Source: Amoebophrya sp. A120 (lineage: Eukaryota > Protista > Dinoflagellata). From it: DNA of 64,000 bases. How positions within the stretch are numbered: the stretch's first letter is position 1; each line of letters begins with the position of its first letter. The notes beneath the pieces are model-generated. The model saw only the letters and a program-made list of their open reading frames with translations. It did not search any database and had not been told where the DNA came from. The DNA lies in assembly GCA_905178155.1 (NCBI GenBank), contig CAJINV010000012.1:181271-245270 (forward strand), read 5' to 3'. A program made the position numbers and the translations under genes. Of the stretch, positions 12,501-21,731 are shown one piece after another.

Positions 12501-15500
12501 GCTCATGGAAGTGCCAGAATCGAAATTGACAAAATCGAAATAATTTGTCATGCAAAAAATTATGGATTCCAGTTCGAACCCAGTTTCTAAGTGGTGCATC
12601 ACAAATTCTGGTGGTGCCTAAAGCCACGCTGTAATGCTGGCTAGGCAAAGAAGACTGAGTCTCTCATGCTGCTTTAGCAGCTCGATCTCGTGCTGTAACC
12701 CCAAACAGGCTCACAATCGGCCTCACTTGCCTGCTCTGCAACACACGTACTTCGCGTCATGCATTTTTTGCATCGCAAATTTTTCGACTTTGTCAATTTC
12801 GATCCTGACACTCCCATACTGCTCTGGGGCTTCGTGTTCGTTTTCGCGGCGACCACTTGACAAACCTCCACCACTTTTTTAGAAACAATCCGCAGCTGCG
12901 GGGGCAACGGTTGCACAACTACATCACACGCCCGATTTCTTTTCGCGCACGGGCAAGACGAAGGCAAGCATGTCCATCGACGTTCTTCCGCCTCGACGTG
13001 GGAACTTTTCTGTCTAGCAGCCTGGTCTGAGTCGTCTGCCCCCACAGCTACGCGGCCTCCTAGTGGCCGACGAGGACTGCTTGTTGACTATGCATCGCAA
13101 AAGTAATAAACCATACTGGTAGTAATGCTGATTGGAATCCCGCATGACAGATCTCTCTCCGAAGGCAGATCACCAGCATTACAAATGATCTCCTTTCTCA
13201 ACTTGAGAAAGTTTGTCTTTGTCATGCAATTACTATACATTATATTCATGCGAAAAAAGAGGTAGACAGAGGGTCCCAGAGAGGTGGCCGAGAGGTAAAA
13301 AAGATGTCGACAGAGGTAGAAAAGAGGTCGACAGAGGTGGAGAGGTGGCGCGGGACCCCGTTCGAGAGGGTCCGCGAGAGGGTGCGCGAATAAGGCCCGC
13401 AGTAAGCGCCCACCCTTAGGCGCCGCCTAAGTGGCACAGAGGGTGCAGAGAGGTCAAAAAGAGGAGGCGCGAGAGGTCGACAGAGGTGGAGAGAGGTGTT
13501 GCGAATAAGGGGCGACCTCTCGCGGACCCTCTTGGCCACCTCTCGGCCACCTCTGTCGACCTCTACCCGCGAGTATAGCCGGATTATTAGTGGGGACCCC
13601 CAAAAGAGGTCAAAAAGAGGGTCTGCGAGAAGTCTGCGAGAGGGTAAAAGCACAAAGAAGCGGGCGCGGATCCGCATGGTAATGCCCATATTTGGCACTG
13701 CAGGCCATTCGCGGACTTGTTTTGTTCGGCGCCTTTCCGTGCCACCCTCTCGCGCACCCTCTCGCGCACCCTCTCGCGCCACCCTCTCGCGCCACCCTCT
13801 CGCGCACCCTCTCGCGCCACCCTCTCGCGCCACCCTCTCGCGCCACCCTCTCGCGCCACCCTCCCGCGCCACCCTCTCCCGCCATGCGGCTTCTGTTCGC
13901 CCCCGGTGTTCTTTGCAGCTGCTCCCTGCGCAGAGCGCCCACAGGCGCGGGAAGCGCGCAAGTGGTCCTGCGGCTTGGCAAGGCGCAAATCGGCGGCAGG
14001 AATCCAGTATTTTTCGTTGTGCCTACTAGGCCCGTGGGGTTGTGGTCCGAGCGGCAAACAGCCTTGCCCCGGCCCAACAGCCTTGCGCTCCGGCGGCAGC
14101 CGGAGCATGGCTGGTTTCTACTAATACGGTACTTTTGCAATGCATATTGACGCGTCGATGACAATGGTTTTGGTTCTCCGCCGCGCGCCGGACAGCTTTC
14201 GACATGCTCGTCTACTTGTACTTGATGAGCCCACTCTTTGTTGTAGACCTTGTTCCTGCCGGTAGTGGTGACCAGCGCGCTGCAGCTGAAGTAGGTGCAG
14301 CTTTTCATCGTCTTCGTCTTGCAAGAAATCGTGACAAGGAGAACTCACATTCCTCTTACTCCCGCTCGTCGCGGAACAAGAAGGGGAGGCGGAAACACAT
14401 GTCTCCTGTTTCTTCCCGCATCCGCCCGGGTTAACGTGCAACAAGGGCGGGGCGGTCGTCTGCTTATTTTCACGTCCAGGTTTTTCTTCTCGTTCTCGGG
14501 GTCGGGGTAGTGGAAGTGGTATTAAGCCGCTCGACATAGAAGAAGTTTTGCGCCTGTTTGTGGTCTCCTCGTGGTCTACTTTTTCTCCGCCCTGGCGGAG
14601 TCGCCTTCTTGGGGAGACCGAAATCCGGGCCATTTCGTATAACGTGCTCAGGTGTTACAACAATCTCTTCAAACGGGACTCCAGAGTATGGAATTTGTGT
14701 TGCAAAATGCGCAACATCTGTCCTAGCCTCGCAGGTGGGCGCATGACAAGTTTCGGACCTCCAAACCCAATGAGAGTCTGGCGAAATTTGTATTGCGAAA
14801 AGCCCAATTTATCTCCGTATAGTGCTTATGCTATTCATGCAAGACAAATTCCGGATTCTATTGCAACAGTTGAGATGGTAAGAACACCTGAGCGGGCCAT
14901 ATTTCGTGGCAGAAATCGGTGACGTTGTCCACCACCACGACTTCGCTTATGAAAGTGCACAACCCCCTCCCTCTCCATTGTATTGCATGAGCAGCAACAC
15001 AAACCCCAGCACACGTGGAGCCTGAGCATGACAAGTTCGTGCGCCGACTGTAGTACCATAACTATTTGGGGGCTTCCATAATTTCTTTGTCGTGCAAACA
15101 GCGCTACAAGGCAGCAGCTGGATTTGGCATTTTGCATGACAAACTAGCGGGAGGCGGAGTTGTGCACTGTCATAGCACTCATCCAGCTTCCAGAACGGCT
15201 CCGTACACCGCTACAACCACGGCCACGACCTCCGAGTGTGGCAGTAAAGGACGTCCTATGAATTGCAAAACAAGTATCGCCCTCGTAGTAACCATAGCCA
15301 TGCATTACAAACCTCCTTCTTGAGGTGGATTCGCATTACAAATTTCGTTTCTCATGCTGAAAAAATTTGTCATGCGATTAATACTAGTACGATACTTTTG
15401 CAATTCATACGTCCTCTGCGCCATCGATCTCCGCTTATGTTTGTGCACATCGTGCAAGGGGGACGCGAAGTATTCCAGGTGGTCGGCTGTCCCCTCCGAA

Positions 15501-18500
15501 GAAGTGCCGCCTTCCGTAGACCGGCCGGTGTAGATCTCGGCTTGGTGTTGTAGATGTAGTAGCACTGAAGAGGCTCTCGCCGAGGACGGAGGAGGAGGCG
15601 GAGCGAGGGCGAGTATCGAAGAAAAAAACTGTTTCACTGTAGACTTGTAATGCAGAAAATGCATCTAAGAAGTGTTTGTCTTGCTACACATGCAAGAGAG
15701 TCGATTTTTAGCTGTGTTTTCTCTTAGGAACCTCGCATGGCAAATTTTCCCTGTCATGTAGAGCAAACCTGTGATGCAAAACTTGCAAAATCCTTGCTTA
15801 CAGTGAAACACTTTTTTTCTTGGATAACGAGTCCTCGTGGACTAGTGTCGAAGTCGTAGGTCGTTATGAGAGTGCACAACCGCCTCTCCCCCTCATTTGT
15901 CATGCAATTTCCCAAATCCAGGCTCTGCCTCTTGGCGCTGTTTGCATGACAACTTCTGCTAGCCCCCAAGTAGCACTGCACTCCATTGTAAATTTGAATT
16001 TGTCATGCAAGACCGGCATTCTTGCTGATGCTTGTACTACTGCCGTTCATGCTATACAAATGAAAAGGAGGGGCAGTTGTGCACTGTCATATAGAAGGTC
16101 GCAGCAGCATTATAATCTTCCGGAACAAGTGCTCGTCTAGCTGTGGTTGCAGTTTGGTTGATGTGCTGCTTGTGGTTGTAGAAGAAATCCTGGCCATTGC
16201 CTGCTGCCCCCACAAGCTGCTTATGGTCATTAACATTATCACGACACAGATGTTGGCCTCCGTCTTGGTAACTGTATCGTCCTCTCTTTATTTCTGGTTG
16301 ATGGTCCTCTACCGATTCCGATTCGCTTACCTCGTCTGCTGCGTGTGTGGGTACCGCAGTGGCGGGATACTCGAAATTATCGAGGAAACCATCTTGGGTC
16401 GGTAGTAATGCGGTGGCTCTCGTCTCCCCACAAGGGCGACCTTGTCCAACATGCGTCACTTGTTCTTCGTGCCCTCCAGGCCGCACTGGCAGCGGCGGGT
16501 GTGAGGTGGCACGGCCGCAAGTATAAGTCCGTCTTGTTGTGGAAGTGGTGCGATTAAAACGAAACGCGTCCTCGTCACGACAGGGGGCGGCCGCGTTCGC
16601 GTTGTTTATGCTTCTACTACGCCGCTGCTCAGGACGAGCAGATGAAAAACGACCGTTGCCAACATTTTTATCGTTCGCAACTACATCTTCGACCTGTGAC
16701 GTAGTTGGTGCAACTTGTTCGTCTTCAATCGGTAAAAGTATCGCTTTCCCTCCACGAAGAACTTGCTCATGATCTTCATCGCATATCCCAGCTCTCCCCC
16801 GCCGAGCTGAATTCAATTCCCGTTGTTCCTTGTCTTGCCCTTCCCGCCGGGACGAGGAAAACAACATCGCCCCACACGCGGTGCGAACTCGCAGACAGGC
16901 CGCGGTGGCGCGGGTAGAGAGATTCTGCCACCAGTCGAGCAACTGCCAAGTTAGGGAGGACGCGCGCTGCATGTCCAGGATTTGCTCCGTCAGCGCGTCT
17001 AGGTCGCGCACGAGAAGTGTAGTGGAGGCCATCATCGTCGTGTCTGTTCTTGATGTTGTTCTCCTCGATGATTCCGCGTGAAGAGCGGCGGAAGATGAAC
17101 CTTGATGGTCCTGCTCCTCGCGAGAGGTTCTTGAAGTGCCGCTGGGTCCTCGTCGCGTGGTACTTCTAGACAGAGCTGCTTCATCCACAACTCCGGTCGT
17201 GCCTACCTTGTGGTCGCGGGATGGACCGGCGAGTTGTGGACGAGTCTGCCGTCGTGTAGTCGGGGCGGTGACGCTCTTCACCTCCACCACATACTCCTCA
17301 ATGGCAACCAGGTCGGCCTTGCTTAGTTCCACTTCCTGGTAGAAAAATGCCCGGAACTCCTTGCGGTGCTTGAAATACAGCAGCCAGGCGAAGAACACGG
17401 GGAAGAAGAAGACCAGGAAGAGAGTATCATATGTAAAAACGTCCCCACCCCATAGTCAAGTTGCGAACCTAGCAAGACAAATCCACAAGTTTTGGGAGCC
17501 ACGCATGAGAAGTTGCAGTGCGTAGTGTAGTGCATGTTAGCAAGGACAACCATAGATCACAAAGCCGTCTGCTTATCCTCTTTACAGCATTACAAATTCC
17601 AAAACGCGATTGGAAATGCCTCTCATGGAGATGCGCATTACAAATCGTCCTGTAATCGCAAATCTGCATGACAGCTATGGGGTGGGGACGTTTTTACTCA
17701 GGATAGAGAGCCTTCAGGTTGATCGTGAAGTCCAGCAAATCGTGGGGGTCCACCGGAACGTCTTTTGCAGCCGGGTCCACCGCGGCGGTTCCTCGCAGAA
17801 GGTGGCGCTGGATCCGCTCGTGTACAACGGGCACATCTACACCACCCGTAGAGGGCCATGACCCTGCAGCTGCGTGTCCATCTCCTGCTGCGGTATGGGA
17901 GTGTCAGGATCGAAATCGATAAAGTCGGAATAATCTGTATAATGCATAAAATGCTACGCAAAAACGGACTCTATTGCAGAGACTGCAAGGGAGGCCGATC
18001 ATAGTCCTGGCACGGGTCAACAGTTGGGCTGCTGACTAGCATGACAGAAGGCAGCTCTTTTGCAATAAACCGCATCACGGATGCGCTTCCAAGGCGGGGA
18101 AAATTTGTCATGCGCCGACTACAAACTGTGGGTCTAACTGGCATCGAGTTTGTGCATCACAAATTTTTCGATTTTGTCATATTCAGATTCTGACACTTCG
18201 ATATGCGGCGTCTGCATGATACTCCTCCCCACCCCCTCCAGGTAGAAGAAGGGAAACAGGAAGCAAAAGGAGCAGCCGGTCGCGAAGAAAATTACCGCTG
18301 CGTCCTCTCGACGGCGCGTCCACCTGCGCCTGTGGTGGTGGGAACGCACCAGCCCCTGTCGGATCGAAGAAGCCCCCGATGAAAGAAGTGGCTCGACCAC
18401 TACTAGCAGACCCGGACTGGTGGGCGAAGAAGTGGCACTCGATAAACGACCGGAAGATGGAAGGTCCCGCTTTGGCGGTCGGGTATAGTTTCGGCAGGAA

Positions 18501-19520
18501 CAGGAAGAGGAGGAACAGAGAACAGAGGAGCAGGTAACCCACCCACTGGTAGAACAACACGACCCCGGAGAGATCAAGTTTTTTCCCGGTCTGAAAAATC
18601 ACCTGCACCTGCGCACTGTTGATTTCCTCTGCCGAGACTGCCGCCGACGCACGCTTATCAACTGCAAAGGTATCGCACTCGTAGTAATCGCAGTCATGCA
18701 TTACAAATTTTTTTCTTAACGTAAATCCGCATTACAAATTTCATTTCTCATGCTGAGAAAATTATTTGTCATGCATTTATACGAGTACGATACTTTTGCA
18801 GTTCATAACGATTAGTTTTCAACAACGAAGCGCCAGCTCCTGTTCCTACTGCCTGTTGTGGTTGACAGTTGATTCTTTCGTCTTCTGTATCAAATGCAAA
18901 TATGTCTGGGTCTGAAAACTTGTAGTGCTGAATTGTGAGAAGTAGTGAACTCTCTGTAATGCACGGCCAAGCATGAGAAATATTTGCGCGGCCTAGTGCT
19001 GCGCTTTCAGCATGACGAACTGCGTTTTGCATGACAAGCACAAGGGTCTCTTCTTGGGCACGCATCACAAACACTTCAGTCATGCCAGACAAGCATGACA
19101 AACCTTGCGTCTTTCCAGACCCAGACATATTTGCATTTGATATTCTCGTCGTCCTGATAATTCTTCACGTCCACGACCCACGCCAACGGCAGAAACCGAG
19201 AGAGATGTTCTTTGTTCTGGCGGTTCAGGACCACCGTCGAGGCTTTTCCTTTTTCCACTCGAATCATTTTCCCCACCAGCGATCTTGTCCTGCTTGACTT
19301 GGTCATTCGTCCTTCCCGCGAATAAAAGAAGGTTCTTCTGGTGGTGTTCCCGCTTGCTTTGCAGCGAGGCGTGGTTCTTTCGGCTTCTGCGCAGATGCCA
19401 CAGAAAGGTCTCGGCCGCGATAGTGGCCGCGGTCACGTAGAAAAAAATGAACCCGCTAGCCGTGGGGCACAGGCGACACGGAATGGGGGTCTGTTCTTCG
19501 GCAGCGAAAAAATTCTCCAT
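485..19520 (-). CDS. P5-type (ATP13A-like) P-type ATPase, multi-exon, 3' end continues left of 485 / outside the window
   Basis: Spliced translation gives, in order: N-terminal P5 segment (FFYQEVELSKADLVAIEE); RSIFFQNQKLHYD; FGKNEVEIEIP followed by TM1-2; A-domain LVPGDIF...VPCDCVLLQG...NEADLTGEPMPVSK; HFLYCGT; GLVIHTGSYTLNGSLVRKILFP; TM3-4; phosphorylation motif CLDKTGT (505-519). Start ATG at 19520. One canonical GT-AG intron at 1162-1537; the other interruptions found are TIR elements. Confidence 0.9.
543..698. mobile_element. Introner family A
   Basis: TIR TATGAACTGCAAAAGTAT / ATACTTTTGCAGTTCATA; TSD TTCTC on both sides. Confidence 0.92.
907..1070. mobile_element. Introner family F
   Basis: TIR TATCACAGGGAAAAGT / ACTTTTTCTTGTGATA; TSD CCATG; removal joins GLAM to AQKF. 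Confidence 0.9.
2397..2712. mobile_element. Introner family E
   Basis: TIR TATGGAACTGTCATGATCGAAATTGACAAAG / CTTTGACGATTTCAATCCTGACGCTTCCATA; TSD CCAGG. Confidence 0.9.
2713..3686 (-). CDS. P5 ATPase exon containing the actuator-domain TGE motif
   Basis: ORF 2693-3577: WVTVNSIELVPGDIFQIPESGIVPCDCVLLQGNVLMNEADLTGEPMPVSKLPL. Confidence 0.9.
3687..3980. mobile_element. Introner family C (TSD eroded; canonical GT-AG splicing possible)
   Basis: TIR TATCATATGTAAAAATGTCCCCAC / GTGGGAACGTTTTTACTCACGATA; homologous to 6096-6365 and 17425-17705. Confidence 0.85.
4045..4189. mobile_element. Introner family A
   Basis: A-type TIRs; TSD TGCCC. Confidence 0.9.
4268..4517. mobile_element. Introner family H
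   Basis: TIR TATGACAATGCACAAC / GTTGTGCG...CTCATA; TSD TTCGG/ATCGG. Confidence 0.8.
4800..4949. mobile_element. Introner family A
   Basis: A-type TIRs; degenerate TSD ACACT/GAACT. Confidence 0.85.
5039..5288. mobile_element. Introner family D
   Basis: TIR TATCAAATGCAAAAATGTCTGGGTCTG / CCAGACCCACACACGTTTGCAATGCATA; TSD degenerate. Confidence 0.8.
5338..5607. mobile_element. Introner family D
   Basis: D-type TIRs (ATGTCTGGGTCTGG / CCAGACCCAGACAT); TSD CGTTG. Confidence 0.88.
6096..6365. mobile_element. Introner family C
   Basis: C-type TIRs; TSD CGTCC. Confidence 0.9.
6423..6574. mobile_element. Introner family A
   Basis: A-type TIRs; TSD AATGG. Confidence 0.9.
7044..8641. mobile_element. 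Introner family H enlarged by a nested transposon
   Basis: Left end TATCAGAGTGCAGAAC...CCCCTC, right end GAGGGG...GTTGTGCA...CTCATA; TSD TAGTC/CAGTC. Confidence 0.75.
7269..8579. mobile_element. Non-autonomous TIR DNA transposon (8-bp TSD) nested in an introner
   Basis: TIR GGGAT...GGAACTGTCTAAACTGACAACGGAAC / GTTCCGTTGTCAGTTTAGGTAGTTCC...ATCCC; TSD TTAATTTT. Confidence 0.8.
8910..10105. mobile_element. Introner-like element (family I) with an internal ~1-kb insertion, flanked by a 35-bp direct repeat
   Basis: Inverted ends CGTTAGCATGAGAAGTGGTGAATTTG / CAAATTCACCCTTCTGTATGCTAACG; flanks 8875-8909 and 10106-10140 match at 34/35. Confidence 0.65.
10141..10379. mobile_element. Introner family G
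   Basis: TIR TATGGTGTTCTCAACTGTTAC / GTAACAGTTGAGAGCGCCATA; TSD CCTGA. Confidence 0.9.
10491..10721. mobile_element. Introner family H
   Basis: TIR TATAACAGTGTACAACTC / GAGTTGTGCACTCTCATA; TSD eroded. Confidence 0.8.
11344..11504. mobile_element. Introner family J
   Basis: TIR TATCCACAGTAAATTTCC / GGAAATTTGTATTGCATA; TSD GACGA. Confidence 0.85.
12231..12487. mobile_element. Introner family K
   Basis: Imperfect TIR CATCCAAAAAAAAACTGTG / CACAATTTCTCTTCTTGCATA; TSD CTGCT/CGGCT; removal restores the frame. Confidence 0.7.
12504..12818. mobile_element. Introner family E
   Basis: E-type TIRs; TSD CTGCT. Confidence 0.9.
13089..14146. mobile_element. Introner family A with a nested ~880-bp insertion
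   Basis: TIR TATGCATCGCAAAAGTA / TACTTTTGCAATGCATA; TSD TTGAC. Confidence 0.8.
13741..13884 (+). repeat. Minisatellite (GCCACCCTCTCGC)n, ~11 units of 13-14 bp
   Basis: Directly visible tandem array; related GAGAGG(G)T motifs occur in inverted orientation at 13258-13645. Confidence 0.9.
14638..14901. mobile_element. Introner family G-like
   Basis: TIR TATAACGTGCTCAGGTGTT / AACACCTGAGCGGGCCATA; TSD TTTCG. Confidence 0.85.
14948..15174. mobile_element. Introner family H
   Basis: TIR TATGAAAGTGCACAAC / GTTGTGCACTGTCATA; TSD TCGCT/GCACT. Confidence 0.85.
15257..15409. mobile_element. Introner family A
   Basis: TIR TATGAATTGCAAAA / TTTTGCAATTCATA; TSD CGTCC. Confidence 0.9.
15614..15826. mobile_element. 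Introner family L
   Basis: TIR TATCGAAGAAAAAAACTGTTTCACTGTA / TACAGTGAAACACTTTTTTTCTTGGATA; TSD GCGAG/ACGAG. Confidence 0.85.
15865..16091. mobile_element. Introner family H
   Basis: TIR TATGAGAGTGCACAAC / GTTGTGCACTGTCATA; TSD eroded. Confidence 0.82.
17425..17705. mobile_element. Introner family C
   Basis: C-type TIRs; TSD GAGAG. Confidence 0.9.
17894..18203. mobile_element. Introner family E
   Basis: E-type TIRs; TSD TGCGG; empty site in paralogue at ~40522. Confidence 0.92.
18656..18807. mobile_element. Introner family A
   Basis: A-type TIRs; TSD ACGCT/ACGAT; empty site (single ACGAT) at ~41302. Confidence 0.92.
18888..19142. mobile_element. Introner family D
   Basis: TIR TATCAAATGCAAATATGTCTGGGTCTG / CAGACCCAGACATATTTGCATTTGATA; TSD TTCTG/TTCTC; empty site at ~41377. 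Confidence 0.92.
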
Positions 19521-19821
19521 GATGTCGGAGCCGAAGCTGCGCTACTTACACTGGAAGAATTGGTGATGAACCATGCCGAATGGCACGGCTTGTTTTTCTA
19601 TAGTGAGAGTAAGCTGATAGATTGTGGGGATGCGGTCCATCTCGACTTTTATCTCCACCCCCAGCGTCGTCTAGCCTTGTAGACCCATGCTTGTCTATAC
19701 TTTTTCTTTATATATTTCTTTTAGATGAAGGATTAGGATAGGTGTTCCTTGATATTGCCTCAGAGACAAAAGGAAAAGCCACTTGTTCGCCACTTACTAA
19801 ACTATGCTGAAGCTGACTATA

Positions 19822-20435
19822 CTATGTAAATGGTTCCAACAGTGCTACTTGCTCTAGAAGCTTTGTCCCGTGGAAACCACCAGCAGCTTCGATCAAGATG
19901 TAGTTGCAGACTCGCATCTTCAAATCACCATCTTCATCGTCATCATTTAAGTATCCTGCACTAGGGGGCGGGGGGACGTGCGAAGATGAATCAAAAACAT
20001 TCCTTCGCCAGCTGTCAAGGCAGCTTTGTGTGATAGATTTGGTGTATGTCGTGGCTTCGTAAAATGCCACACGCTTCGCATTTGCTTTCGCGCTGAGTAA
20101 CGCGCACGAAAAGTAGAGCAAGCTAGGAGATCCGCTGATAGGAACCAAGAAAAACCGAAATCGCCAGGGTGGCCGCTTTGCAATTTCAAGATCGAGAAAG
20201 GAACAGAAGACAAAAGGGTCGCAAAAGCTTCAAAAACGACTTCAAGAAAAGGCATATTGCTCTCTGTCTTCGATCTGAGGGACCTCTTCGAGAAAAACTT
20301 CTTTTGCTCATGACCACACGCACGACAGCTATCAACTGCAATGCGCATCCACGCGCGCAAATGTTGCGTTGGGTAGACAAAGAACACAAAGTCAAAGTGC
20401 TGCTGAGCCTCACGCGACGAGAGACCCTGCCTCAA
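19822..20435 (-). other. Possible hypothetical gene or gene fragments (two overlapping ORFs)
   Basis: ORFs 19947-20435 and 19822-20148 have protein-like composition but no recognisable motif. Confidence 0.2.
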
Positions 20436-21146
20436 GGGAGGCTGTTGGCTGATCGATGTTCAGTGATTTCACCCTCGCGCTCTTGCAATTTTGCGACGAT
20501 CCCTTGCCAATTTTCCTGCTGCGCGTCATGATCATATGCGGTGGCAATGCGCTTTCTTTGCAGTGCGCCCGCTTAGCTTTTTTTGTACCAGTTGGAAGAA
20601 CTGTTCTTCCCACCTATCAGGGTGCCAGCGCTGTCACGCCTATCAGGGTGACGAAAGGTCGCCATGCCCAACAGAGTAAAGAATCTTCTACCTCCGGGCC
20701 GCGCCGACGTATAGTGAAAAGCCATCCTGCATGTACTGTGCCCAGGATTTCCCTTGAAAGATCAAGGCTGTCCATAAAAGTTCTAGTAGGCCTCTTAAAC
20801 GTAAACCGTACTACGTTGAAATAAAGGACACAGACAAAAATTTAAAATTTTGCTATTACGAGTTGACCAGTCGTGTAGCGGAGATTTAGGTTTTAGCATT
20901 TAGGAAGCGGATAGCCACCGGAGATTTTGGCGCGGGTGGGAGCAGCAAGTTCTGGACGCGGCAAACCGGGATTACTTCGACCCGAACCTCGACGCTCAAC
21001 GGAGCCTGGAGCCTCGGGCTACCAACGTCCTGGACTGGATGCAGCGCCGCCGCTTCTTGCTTATTCTTTTTGTTTTTAGCATGCTGAACTAGCTAAACCT
21101 GCAGGCGCATTAGCTAGCTAAATTACGTACTACTAGCTACTAACTG

Positions 21147-21185
21147 ACCCGAAATGTAAGTAATTTTAGCACGGAACTAAGGGAG
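21147..21185. repeat. Inner inverted repeat, left copy (pairs with 31876-31913)
   Basis: ACCCGAAATGTAAGTAATTTTAGC...CTAAGGGAG versus CTCCCTTAG...GCTAAATTACTTACATTTCGGGT. Confidence 0.85.
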
Positions 21186-21731
21186 TGCGATAGATTCTTT
21201 CTCACGTGTCCGGGCACCGTCGACCAGTGGTTTCCGCGGCGCAATATGGAGGGTATACGGAGGAGTTCTGGCCTTGTTGCACCATCTAGGAACGCCAGGG
21301 CCGGTGACTAAACATTGCGGAAGAGTCGCATCATTAGGCCGCGCATGACAGATTTGGTGACAAATATAGGCATTGCGTAGGATGCAAATCTGCCCGAATA
21401 AGGCGAATTCTGAGACGTCGGCGCAGAGAGTGATAGTGCAGCCCTTGTGCGTACAATATGACCAGCCTAGGATCAATCTCGGTCGAAATCAGGTCGGTCG
21501 CAGGTACCTGAGGAAGTTGCATTGCGAAAATAAACACACTTCGAGCATTACCAGTGTCAGGACCCTAAAGATTCCGCTATTACGTCGTAAATAAGCACAT
21601 TCTGCATATCCGTTTGCAGCAGCACATCAAAACTGATAGTGGCCCCACCACTACACTTGACTACTTTACCGCTAGCAGTGTAAAGTCCGAAAGGCAATAA
21701 GTTTGGGCAGAAATGGCGCAACATACAGCAA

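Noticed and set aside
13246-14308. Several long overlapping ORFs (VAREGGARG repeats)
   Set aside because: Artefacts of a stop-free GC-rich minisatellite inside an intron
543-19142. Regularly recurring repeats separated by unique sequence, superficially CRISPR-like
   Set aside because: The repeats are paired inverted ends of 150-330-bp elements and the spacers are exons of one gene; no cas genes; eukaryotic context
20985-21024. Sequence ending GGGCTACCA, resembling a tRNA 3' end or a primer-binding site
   Set aside because: No cloverleaf or T-loop consensus and no adjacent LTR
21138-21144. TACTAAC branch-point consensus near the left end of the large transposon
   Set aside because: It lies on the opposite strand from the donor cluster and within a low-complexity CTA-rich tract
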